From: Octopus sinensis
Taxonomy: Eukaryota
Direction of reading: 5' to 3'
Length of the DNA stretch: 64,000 bases
Assembly (NCBI RefSeq): GCF_006345805.1
Contig: NC_043006.1
Span: forward strand, 19,902,001 to 19,966,000
Shown here in pieces: positions 1 through 10,465 of the stretch; positions within the stretch are counted from its first letter, which is position 1, and each line of letters begins with the position of its first letter. Both the position numbers and the translations under genes were made by a program. The notes beneath the pieces were generated by a model that worked only from the letters and a program-made list of their open reading frames with translations, was not told where the DNA came from and did no database searches.

Positions 1-164
1 ACATAGTTTGTTCAAAATATTCTGAGATTTTTATAAGCTAAGCTAAGTCATCAATTCATGTGGAATCTGGAAATATTCCTCCAGTTAATTTAGCATTAAT
101 GCTCTTGAAGCAATCCATTCTTGGTGCAATCCCACTACTGATTCTAATGAGAATGAATATTTAC

Positions 165-546
165 AGCTTTTATCTTTTTTTACTTGTTTCAGTCATTAGA
201 CTGTGGCCATGCTGGGGCACCACCATGAAGAACTTTTAGCTGAATGAATTGACCTCAGTACTTTGTCGGTCCCATTTAGTGAACTGCTAAGTTACAGGGA
301 TGCAAACACACCAACATCAGTTGTCAAGCAGCGGGGGACAAACTGAGACACAAAAACACACACATAGATATAAATATATATATATATGATTGACTTCTTT
401 CAATTTCTGTCTACCAAATCCAATTACAAGGCTGTGGTCACCTTGAGGCTATAATAGAAGACACTTGTCCAAGGTACCACACAATGGGACTGAACCCAGA
501 ACCATGTGGTTGGGAAGCAAGCTTCTTATCACACAGAGCCACTCCT
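165..546 (-). mobile_element. SINE-A (tRNA-derived, ~400 bp), degenerate
   Basis: Reverse complement of the head AGGAGTGGCTGTGTGG..GGTTCAGTCCC and the (GAGTAAAA)n tail shared with about 20 other copies in the window. Confidence 0.85.
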
Positions 547-569
547 TTAAAATTCCTTTTACTTTTCAG

Positions 570-752
570 CAAGAGAATAGTTTTGTTGTTTGAAATATTG
601 GACATTGAATATATTCATGACTTTGATCCATTATGGATTTCTAATACTGGTACAAGTCCAAAAGTTTCTTTATCCTCTTTCAATGGCCATAACCATTTCA
701 TCACACCTGGAATTGCTGACCCCTTTCAGCTCCAGCTGGTCCTTGATTTTAT
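570..752 (+). other. Exon-like segment on the strand opposite the main gene
   Basis: ttccttttacttttcag acceptor, AT|gtaagt donor, 183 nt, open in one frame (KRIVLLFEILDIEYIHDFDPLW...); no family recognised. Confidence 0.25.
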
Positions 753-1427
753 GTAAGTTTCTGATTATAACATCAATATAGTTAAATAGTCTTCTACTAG
801 GATATGGAAGTCTCAAAAATATAACATCCAGTATTCAGCAAGATAACAGAGGCCAGCAAAACTACCCTGCATTGAGCAGTAATGGGAGCAATGGACAGCA
901 TGTGACCATAAATCATTTCTTTGGTCTTGTGCTCATTTCACAAGAAATTTTGGATCCACATGAGAAACCTGATAGATATACCAGCAGGACAGCCTTGAAA
1001 CAAGTTAAACCCTAGAATTCTCTAGTGATGTATTCAGAGTCCAAATTTTGGCTCCAGGAAAAGAAAAATGCTCCCTACATATGCCCTTAAGAAGGCAAGC
1101 CTTGTTGACTCTGTGATTATATGATTGCCAGATGTTGTGAAGCTTATAACAGGCACTCTAGGTTCATCCTTTGCATGCCAAGAAGTCTTTCTTACTATCA
1201 TCAATATAGTACTAAAAGTTATAGGAAGGGCATGGTTGGGTAACTCAACCCCAGTACTAGACACGGACTATATCTTATCAATTCACCCCACCACTACCAG
1301 AAAGATGAAAAGCCAAATTGACCTCAACAGGATTTGAACCCAGAATGCAAAAAAGCTTTTATACATTAATAATTTGATATTCAATTAAATTGTAGTTATA
1401 AACAAAGAATAATAATAATAATAATAA

Positions 1428-1818
1428 TCATCATCATCGTTTAACGTCCATTCTCCATGCTAGCATGGGTTGGATGGTTCGACCGGGATCTGGGAAGCCA
1501 GGAGGCTGCACCAGGCTCCAGTCTGATCTGGCAGTGTTTCTATGGCTGGATGCCCTTCCTAATACCAACCACCTCCATGAGTGTAGCGAGTGCTTTTTAC
1601 GTGCCACCAGCACAGGTGCCAGGGGTGGCTGGCACCGGCCACGACCGGTTGGTACTTTTTATGTGCCACCGGCACAGAAGACAGTCAAGGCGGTGCTGGC
1701 ATCAACCACGTTCGGATGGTGTTTTTTACGTGCCACCGGCACAGGGATCACAACTACAGTTTCCATTTGATTTTTTGATGTTGATGTACTTGACTCAATA
1801 GGTCTCTTCAAGCACAGT
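1428..1818 (-). mobile_element. RTE-related non-autonomous retroelement with (GAT)n tail and ~57-bp internal repeats
   Basis: GGATGCCCTTCCTAA motif, (CAT)n tail, three TTTTTA(C/T)GTGCCACC units. Confidence 0.8.
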
Positions 1819-1833
1819 GTGCCTGTATATTTA

Positions 1834-1870
<37 letters not shown>

Positions 1871-2033
1871 TGACGTACATTTGCCATTTAAATATGGCTA
1901 ACCCCTAAGGGTGGATGCTACTGTAGTTTGTAGCCCCAGGAGGACACCTCCTCCAGCTGGCCATAGACACACTTTCTGTGCCCTATCAGTGTTTGCAAAG
2001 GGAAGCCATCCTTCCAGTCTTCAACTTATGATA

Positions 2034-2078
2034 CACACGGACTCGAGTTTCTGGGTATTGACCCGTCATCGGCGTGTG
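2034..2078 (-). ncRNA. Minimal type-I hammerhead ribozyme-like motif (left arm)
   Basis: Exact mirror of 2113-2157. Confidence 0.55.
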
Positions 2079-2112
2079 ACAATCACAGTTGTCGATGAGA
2101 AGCAGGTTCCCT

Positions 2113-2157
2113 CACACGCCGATGACGGGTCAATACCCAGAAACTCGAGTCCGTGTG
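2113..2157 (+). ncRNA. Minimal type-I hammerhead ribozyme-like motif (right arm)
   Basis: CACACG-CCGATGA-CGGGT caat ACCCA-GAAA-C TCGA G-TC-CGTGTG: 6-bp stem I, stem II, palindromic stem III loop, GUC site; deviates by U4C and a C.A pair at the base of stem II. Confidence 0.55.
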
Positions 2158-2465
2158 TATCATAAGTTGAAGACGAGAAGGATGGCTTCCCTTTGCAAAT
2201 GCTGATAGGGCACAGAAAGTGTGTCTATGGCCAGCTGGAGGAGGTGTCCTCCTGGGGCTACAAGCTACAGTAACATCCACCCTAAGGGGTTAGCCATATT
2301 TAAATGGCAAATGTACGTCACGATGTGTTGTAGCTACTGTTTATAACTCGCTCTGAGATTTATTATTGATTATATATATATATCTAAGAATTTGTTTAGA
2401 CATACTTTCTTGAATTATATGGCAGGCGAACAATGTGATTTATGTTACTTACTTGAAGATTATAA

Positions 2466-2519
<54 letters not shown>

Positions 2520-2844
2520 GTGTGAGTGGAGGGGCTATGCATGTAACTTACCCGCGAGACTTCACTACTACCCCAGTCATTAGCAAATGAAGACATAGAG
2601 CAAGACCTGTATAAGTAAATAAAAAACGACAGTGTTGTTATAACAGTATTACCCAGTGATGTCTTTACAATATCATTTGTGACGTATTTGGTAGTAATCT
2701 TTATTAAATAGTCAATTAAGAAAATATCAATTATTTTATTCACTGGTGTTTAAGATGCACTTTTGTATTTTAAAATAAATCAAAAAATGACATTGTGTCT
2801 TATGCAGTCATATTATGGATAGGAGACTAAGAATTGTAGCTTAA

Positions 2845-3064
2845 CCCTTTAGTGTTCAGATTACTCTGTTAAATGTAATACTTTTTCACTCAAATTGTTT
2901 TGAATTAATCATGCATTATCTCATAGCTTTGAGGTTTCAATGATGTGATTGCATATTTTTTGAATGTCAATGTAGGTTAGGTTTGAAGGGCTAGATATTC
3001 CCAGTTTGATTATAAAACATGTAGAATATCTGGGCCAGATATGGCCGGTTTAAACACTAAAGGG
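2845..3064. mobile_element. MITE-P1, piggyBac-type
   Basis: TTAA|CCCTTTAGTG...CACTAAAGGG|TTAA termini; further copies near 15994, 28169 and 48296. Confidence 0.85.
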
Positions 3065-3121
3065 TTAAGGAGATGAATGAGCCCAAGTCTACTACGCCCC
3101 AAAATTGTTACATATAATAAA

Positions 3122-3465
3122 ATATTGGTTTCAAATTTTGGCACAAGGCCAGCAATTTTATGGGAGGGATAAGCTGATTACATCAACCCAAGTATTCAAC
3201 TGGTACTTATTTTATCAACCCTAAAAGGATGAAAAGTAAAGATGACCTCAGCGAAATACTTATAATAGAATGTTGGTGTCAAGCTTTGGCACAAGGCCAG
3301 GAATTTTAAGGGAGAGGTAAATTGATTACATTGATTCCAGTGTTAAAATGGTACTTATTTTATTGACCATGTCAGGATGAAAGGTAAAGTCGACCCTGAT
3401 GGAATTTGAACTCAAAATGTAAAGACGGATGAAATACTGCTAAGCATTTTGCCCAGTATGCTATA
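3122..3465 (-). mobile_element. Two degenerate SINE-B-related copies
   Basis: GGTACTTATTTTAT(C/T)..GGATGAAA.GTAAAG core present twice. Confidence 0.65.
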
Positions 3466-3675
3466 CTTATAATGAAATATTGAAAACAAATCAAAATATC
3501 ACAGTCTGTTACCACAAACTTCTAAAAGATTGCTTCAGGTATGTCGGCAATTTCGTGGAGAGGTCACATTGTTTCAGTATACCTCCTTTCTCGGCATTCA
3601 TAATCTACACCTGGTATGTGTCTTACATAATTTAATGACTGGGTTACAATTAAGAAACAGTTATTATCTAAATCT

Positions 3676-3841
3676 GTTTCTTTATTATCCACAATGGGCT
3701 AAACACAGAGGGGACAAACAAGGACAGACAAAGGTATTAAGTCGATGCCAAGTCAGCTGCCAGACGTTGGAGTTTCAATGTGTCCATGCCCAGGGAAGTA
3801 AGGCATTCAGAATATGGCAAATGCCTGATGGAGGGTATTCT
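3676..3841 (-). mobile_element. SINE-B 3' fragment fused to a 96-bp copy of the nearby CR1 fragment
   Basis: 3746-3841 matches 4830-4925 with 2 mismatches. Confidence 0.85.
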
Positions 3842-3865
3842 CCATGTGAATAAGTATTACAGTTA

Positions 3866-4253
3866 TGTAGCAATATCGTTTCCCTCATTGCTATCTTCAC
3901 TGTTTGAGAAGAGTATTAAGAATAACCTCGGTCGAGATTACAAACATCTTTGGCTGGTTTAACGCTGTTGTAAACACTAAGCTGATTGGTTGACAGTTGA
4001 CACGTGGTCTCTACATAGTTCGCGCCACTGGTGGACATGTGACACGAGGGTTTCTACGTAGTCCGCGCCACTGGTTGACACGTGACACGAATTCTCTCGA
4101 CTTATTTTCGCGCCACTGTCACTAAACAGCCAATCAGCTTAGTGTTTACAACAGCGTTAAACCAGCCAAAGGTGTTTGTAATCTCAAACGAGATCATTCT
4201 TAATACTCTTCTCAAACAGTGAAGATAGCAATGAGGGAAACGATATTGCTACA
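3866..4253. mobile_element. Fold-back MITE with TGT..ACA termini and ~125-bp TIRs
   Basis: TGTAGCAATATCG...CGATATTGCTACA, flanks CAGTTA/CAGTTG, three ~42-bp internal repeats. Confidence 0.85.
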
Positions 4254-4421
4254 CAGTTGACAATGAAATCTGAATGCTAAAGGGTTCAAATGCTGTTTGG
4301 AACATAAATCAACATGAAATTTGATGGAAGGTTAAAAATCTATTATCCAGCCATCTCATTCTAGGTCTACCCCAAGACCTCCTGCCAGATGGCTTCGTTT
4401 GAAGGATTCCTCTTGTCATTT

Positions 4422-4965
4422 TATAATAATAATAATGAAATTATTGTATACAGTGCGCAGGTGCACCACAACTTGTCAGAAATTGCATATAAAGTACATG
4501 CAGTAATGTAGAAATGTCTGGAAAGCGAACAATGTATGAGTCAGATACATGCTTGTGTGTGTATGGAGGGGAGAAAATCAAGTGTAGTGTTGGCGAATCT
4601 CAGGAAGCATGGAAGTTTTGAAGGATGCAGTGCTCTGCCAACAAACAACTGATGCTGGCAGTTTGTTCCATGCTTCAGCAACTCTCAGCGTGAAAAAATG
4701 TTTCCTGAAGTCATGGGAGCTGTGCTGTTTTCTTACTTTGTAAATATGTCCACGGGTGTTAGATGGGTGGAGTTTGAAAAGGTGCTCAGAGTTATTGTTT
4801 GTACGATGGTTGATAATTTTATGGGTGTCTGCCAAGTCAGCTGCCAGACGTTGGAGTTTCAATGTGTCCATGCCCAGGGAAGTAAGGCGTTCAGGATATG
4901 GCAAATGCCTGATGGAGGGTATTCTTATCCTGCAACATTCTATTTACATGACCACAGTACCAGGG
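4422..4965 (-). mobile_element. CR1-clade LINE 3' fragment
   Basis: ORF 4578-4904 YPERLTSLGMDTLKLQRL..TRGHIYK..FFTLRVAEAWNKLP is a typical CR1 ORF2 C-terminus; (ATT)n tail. Confidence 0.9.
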
Positions 4966-5621
4966 CTGTGACTTCTCAATGCAGCAGAAAAGTAGCAGCT
5001 CAGCCTGGAGAGACACTTTGATCTCCAAGCTATGCATCTTGTTAAATAACATTACACCAGGGAAGATTGGATAATATCCATAGTCTCAGTTGGTTATTCT
5101 TAGGAATCCAGTCAGGAAGCTTAATAACGATTGCTTCTGCTAGGACCAATGGAGGAGTTACCTGAGGACTCTACTCTAAAAACCTACCCAGAAATAGTTG
5201 AAGACAGATAAATGGGTGGATGGCTGAACGGACAGACAGACAGATAAATGGAGAGATGGATAGCTGGATGGATGGTCAGTCATGAATTTAGGTCACTTTA
5301 AACAATAAGCCAGTATCAATCATACAACCTGGAGTAATCTCAGGTGATTTGGTATCAATACGGTTGAAATAGTGCAATTAGTGCTTATTATGAAAATGGA
5401 ATCCCAACCAACAAAGATGAAGTAAGGACATAAAGAACTGGATAAGATGGACTCTGGTGTGGTATAAGTCTGCAGCATGGAACCACAGTAGCATCAGTGG
5501 TGAGATCTCAGACTATGTCTATCCTGCAGGACAGTCATTCGTTCATATTTGGGTAACTTCTAGTACTACTGCCACTACCACCTCTACCATTTGTTAGTAC
5601 TACTACTACTCATTCTACTAC

Positions 5622-5835
5622 CTATTTCTTTATTACCCACAAGGGTCTAAACACAGAGGGGACAAACAAGGACAGACAGAGGTATTAAGTCGATTACATC
5701 GACCCCAGTGCGTAACTGGTACTTAATTTATCGACCCCGAAAGGATGAAAGGCTAAGTCGACCTCGGCGGAATTTTAACTCACAACGTAATGCAGACAAA
5801 ATACCGCTAAGCACTTCACCCGGCATGCTAACGTT
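5622..5835 (-). mobile_element. SINE-B (~235 bp)
   Basis: Reverse complement of AGGCGGCGAGCTGGCAGAA..GAGTT.AAATTCC..GGGGTCGATAAATTAAGTACCAG. Confidence 0.9.
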
Positions 5836-6169
5836 TCTGCCAGCTCGCCGCCTTTCAACTACTACTACCACCACCACCACCACCACCACTGCCACCTCTA
5901 CTGATACAAACACTACTACTGCAGTGCACCAAAGAAGACATGGGTGAAACAAACTGAGGAAGACCTGAAGTCGTAGCGCCTGGTCCTCAAGCATGAATAA
6001 GGCCAACACCGTGGATTGGAAAGCATGGAATAACATCATCACCAGAGTCCATCATTCAGCAGCACCCATAGCAGTGTATTGGTTGAGGGGACAGCCTCCA
6101 CCTTTGGTCACCATCTTGGGATTTTACTTACTTACTTACTTACTTACTACCACATCAGCTACTACATGT

Positions 6170-6550
6170 GGAGGCACAATGGCCCAGTGGTTAGGGCAGC
6201 GAACTCGCGGTCGGAGGATCGCGGTTTCAATTCCCAGACCACACACAATTGTGTGTGTTTATTGAGCACAAACACCTAAAAGCTCCACGAGGTTCCGGCA
6301 GGGAGTGGTGGCGACCCCTGTTGTACTCTTTCGCTACAACTTCCTCTCACTCTTTCTTCCTGTTTCTTGTCCCCGACTTCCTACGCAACCGCTGAGCCTG
6401 GATGCGCGTTCATCCATTCGTCGATGCTCTCGGTGTCGGGGGCTGACCTGCTTTCTCTTCTGCAGATCTTATGAATAGCAAAAGGACCTCGTTTTGGACT
6501 TCTCCCACTGGGACGAAGACCGATTTGCTCAACAAATAAACAAACAAACG
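6170..6550 (+). mobile_element. SINE-C (tRNA-like head), tail variant 1
   Basis: GGAGGCACAATGGCCCAGTGGTTAGGGCAGC head with A/B-box-like motifs; (AAAC)n tail. Confidence 0.85.
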
Positions 6551-7104
6551 AACAAATCAGCTACTACAACTGGCAATACTATTCCCACTTGTTAGTACAA
6601 CTACTACAGTTGTTACTACTGCTTCTACTACTACTACCACTCCTACTATTGGTGGTGTTGTATCTAATACAAGTGTGGATTGATAGAGTGACACAAACAA
6701 TAGCACCTGCTACCACCTACACTACTCGTGCTGCCATCACATTTACCACCACCACGACCACCACCATCATCCTCATCACAACTACTACTGCTACTACTAC
6801 TTGAATTACTTGCCAAGTCTTTTAGGATTATTTTGGCAATTGTCCAGATAAACTTAGCCAAGTCAACACCTCAGTTTCAATTTCCAACTTTAGCAACTTC
6901 CCTACCACACTAAAGGAACAATATTTAAAATTCACCACCATGAACCCACACCCCACATATTCCCACCCAGCCACACCCATCCAACCCCACCACCAGCTTT
7001 CTGATTCATCTACGAATCTCAGAACTGTCTTTCTTTCTACAGAGATGGCAAAAAACCTGTATATCACCTTTCTTGTCATTACTATTATATCAATTAAAAT
7101 GAAG

Positions 7105-7560
7105 AGCAGGCAGAATCGTTAGCACACCGAGCTAAATGCTTAGTGGCATTTTACCTGTCTTTACGTTCTGAGTTCAAATTCCACCAAGGTCAACTTTGCC
7201 TTTTATTCTTTCAGGGTTGATAAAATGAGTACAAGATGAGCACCGAGGTTGAAGTAATCAGCTTAAATCCTCACCTCATCTTGCTGGCCTAGTGTGGCCC
7301 TGGGCGAAAATTTGAAACCATTATTATGACAACAATTAAAACGGCAAGATGGCAGAATCATTAGCACATTGGACAAAATACTGCTAAGCATTCTGTTAGT
7401 CTTTATGTTCTGAGTTCAAATTCTACTGACGTTGACTTTGTCTTTTCATCCTTTCAGAGTCGATAAAATAAGTATCAGTTGAGCATCGGGCTCAATGTAA
7501 TCACCTAGCTCCCTCCTCTGAACCTGCTGGCCTTGTACGAAAGGCAGAAGCTATTATTAT
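7105..7560 (+). mobile_element. Two degenerate SINE-B-related copies
   Basis: GGCAGAATC.TTAGCAC and CTGAGTTCAAATT motifs present twice. Confidence 0.7.
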
Positions 7561-7697
7561 TAACGTCAATTATATTCACAACAAGAACATCAGCTGCTGC
7601 AGCAGAATGACAGAAACATCTGAAGCACCACACTAAATGCTTCACTGTATTTCATCATTTCTTTTTATAGTCTCAGCTCAAAATTTCATCAAAGGTG

Positions 7698-8107
7698 ACT
7701 TTACTCTCTTTTTTCACTCTTTTTAACTGTTTCAGTCATTTGACTGCGGCCATGCTGGAGCACCGCCTTTAGTCAAGTAAATCCTGGTACCCCAGGACTT
7801 ATTCTTTGTAAGCCTAGTACTTATTCTATTGGTCTCTTTTGCTGAACTGCTAAGTTACGGGGATGTAAACACACTACCATCGGTTGTCAAGCGATGTTGG
7901 GGGGGGACGGACACACGCAAACACACACACATATATATACACATACATATATATATATACGACAGGCTTCTTTCAGTTTCTGTCTACCAAATCCACTCAC
8001 AAAAATTTGGTTGGCCTGAGGCTATAGTAGAAGACACTTGCCCAAGGTGTCACACCATGGGACTGAACCCGGAACCATGTGGTTGGTAAGCAAGCTACTT
8101 ACCACAC
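7698..8107 (-). mobile_element. SINE-A
   Basis: Near full-length match to other SINE-A copies. Confidence 0.9.
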
Positions 8108-8514
8108 TTCAAATAAATAAAGTGAACAGGGATCTTCATGAGATTCAACAATGGGGATTCAGTTGCTTGATCTTCTAGATTACCTGCTCTTGAATTAGCA
8201 CATAATTGGTGGAGTATTCCACAGACATGTTTACCATTAATGTAACCCTCAAGTATAATCACTGTGACACAGTGTGCAACTGACAAGGATGTACATTTGA
8301 ATTACGGGTACAATCCATCTGCCAGGCTTCTGTACAGTTTCCATGAACCAAATTTCACTCAAGTCAACCTGTAGTAAAGATGAAAGGCCTGAAGTAAATC
8401 TCAAGGTGCCATGCAGTGGGACTGAACCTGAGACCTTATGCAGTGAACTTCATAAATATTCAATCAGGCTGCATGCAAATCAAGATTCTATAATACATAA
8501 AATACCATCAGCCT

Positions 8515-9225
8515 TGTCTGCTTCTTCTGCCTTTAACCCTCCAACGCGGAGTATAGGTCACTCATAATTGAATTCCATGTCGCATAATTTTTCGCTTCTG
8601 CACTTATACTCTGCCATGAATGTCCACCTTTCTCTAGTTCCTTTTGTGTTGATCTACGCCACGAGTTCTTAGGCCTACCTTTCTTTCTATATCCACCCGG
8701 ATTCCACTGTAAAGTACTTTTCGCTACATTTGGTGTGTCTTTTCTAATTGTGCTACCAATCCACTTCCACTTTTTCTTAAATATTTGCTCCCTAATCCGT
8801 TTCTTTATTACCCACAAGGGGCTACACACAGAGGAGACAAACAAGGACAGACAAACGGATTAAGTCGATTACATCGACCCCAGTGCGTAACTGGTACTTA
8901 ATTTATCGACCCCGAAAGGATGAAAGGCAAAGTCGACCTCGGCGGAATTTGAACTCAGAACGTAACGGCAGACAAAATACAGCTACGCATTTCGCCCGGC
9001 GTGCTAACGGTTCTGCCAGCTCACCGCCTTTATTTGCTCCCTAATCGAAACTTCATTTGTTCTTTGCCATAGCCCCATATTGCTTGTGTGTTCGGGTCAT
9101 CTAATTTTAAGTATACTACGCAAGCATTGTACAAGAGTTAATAAAGATCTGAGCCAGCACATAGATTAGTTGCCATACGAAGATCCTATTGTACCAGAAC
9201 ACTGACCGGTCAACAGTAGACTATG
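8515..9225 (-). mobile_element. RTE-clade LINE 3' fragment, interrupted by SINE-B
   Basis: KWKWIGSTIRK..LQWNPGGYRKKGRPKNSWRR is a typical RTE ORF C-terminus. Confidence 0.88.
8798..9030 (-). mobile_element. SINE-B with 16-bp TSD
   Basis: TATTTGCTCCCTAATC at 8782-8797 and 9031-9046. Confidence 0.95.
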
Positions 9226-9282
9226 CAGGAGAAACTTGAAAATGACTATATTCCATCAATGGTGTTTATTCAGAATACACTT

Positions 9283-9513
9283 ATTTCTTTATTGCCCACA
9301 AGGGGCTAAACATAGAAGGGACAAACAAGGACAGACAAACGGATTAAGTTGATTATATCGACCCCAGTGCGTAACTGGTACTTATTTAATCGACCCCGAA
9401 GGGATGAAAGGCAAAGTCGACCTCGGCAGAATTTGAACTCAGAACATAGCGGCAGACGAAATACCGCTAAGCATTTCGCCCAGCGTGCTAACAATTCTGC
9501 CAGCTCGCCGCCG
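9283..9513 (-). mobile_element. SINE-B with TSD
   Basis: Full-length; TTCAGAATACA on both flanks. Confidence 0.92.
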
Positions 9514-9598
9514 TTTTCAGAATACATTTGATCACCTACAGGGACATAATTGTAAACACTGAATTCCTGAGAAGAGCCAATCAGCACAGCTTGCAGGA

Positions 9599-9708
9599 GA
9601 TAAAATAAGTATCAGTTGAGCATTGGGCTCAATGTAATCACCTAGCTCCCTCCTCTGAACCTGCTGTACGAAAAGCAGAAGCTTGTACGAAAAGCAGAAG
9701 CTATTATT
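9599..9708 (+). repeat. Local copy of 7462-7558
   Basis: Near-identical ~100 bp with an added internal duplication of TGTACGAAAAGCAGAAGC. Confidence 0.85.
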
Positions 9709-9757
9709 AAAGAGACTTGCAGGTCATGTTTTCCAACTACCAGAAGAATGAATACCT

Positions 9758-9890
9758 ACTTCTTTACTACCCACAAGGGGCTAAACACAGAGGGGACAAA
9801 CAAGGACAGACAAACGGATTAAGTCGATTACATCAACCTCCAGTGTTTCACTGGTACTTAATTTATCGACCCCGAAAAGATGAAAGGCAA
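9758..9890 (-). mobile_element. SINE-B, truncated
   Basis: 3' half of SINE-B. Confidence 0.88.
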
Positions 9891-10082
9891 AGAAGAATGA
9901 ATACCAAAGACAATTACACAATGGATGGAGAAAGAGAGGAAGACCCAAGAAGACATGGCTCGCTATCGTCAAAGAATATCTGAAGCAACTTAGTATCACC
10001 TAAGATGATGCAGGCAACTACACTCAAAACGAGACCAACGTACGGGCCAGCTATAAGGGAGGACCGAAGACTAAGAGTAAGA
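9891..10082 (+). mobile_element. RTE LINE extreme 3' end
   Basis: Degenerate DG.R.RGRPK.TW motif; ends GAAGACTAAGAGTAAG. Confidence 0.7.
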
Positions 10083-10217
10083 CATACTGGAATTGATTCA
10101 AATTTCTCTAAAATGTTTAACTTTGAGTTGATATTAAGAATCTATATATTGATTTACTCCTATTTCGGCATCCATTAGGTTCAAACCGGTTGGAGGTCAG
10201 AAAAGAAAAGATCTGTA

Positions 10218-10300
10218 TTACAGTTCTAGATACAGGGTAGAATTTAAAACAGAAATTCTGGGAAAGACATCATTAGGTATTACAAAAATAGCTTCTCTTC
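10218..10300 (-). CDS. Candidate terminal exon of the minus-strand gene
   Basis: gttattcttcacag acceptor, phase 1, GREAIFVIPNDVFPRISVLNSTLYLEL*; phase-compatible with 10408-10465. Confidence 0.25.
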
Positions 10301-10407
10301 CTGTGAAGAATAACTTCTATGTAGGCCCAACTAACATCAGCTAGTGGCTATTCCACATAACCTCTAACTCAGACTCCATACTAACCACTTTTCCCAATTA
10401 TTCTTAC

Positions 10408-10465
10408 CCAAAACATTAAGCAACTTGAAATCCCATTTCACCCTGTTTTTACTGCAGGTATCAAC
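10408..10465 (-). CDS. Candidate exon of the minus-strand gene
   Basis: catttttag acceptor, G|gtaaga donor, 58 nt, VDTCSKNRVKWDFKLLNVL; needs an unlocated phase 2-to-0 exon upstream. Confidence 0.3.

Larger units (their letters stand above)
1870..2321. repeat. Fold-back: 210-bp inverted arms with a 32-nt loop
   Basis: 1870-2079 is the reverse complement of 2112-2321 with about 6 mismatches. Confidence 0.97.

Noticed and set aside
6940-6995. G-run cluster on the minus strand (possible G-quadruplex)
   Set aside because: Ordinary low-complexity tract with nothing else supporting function
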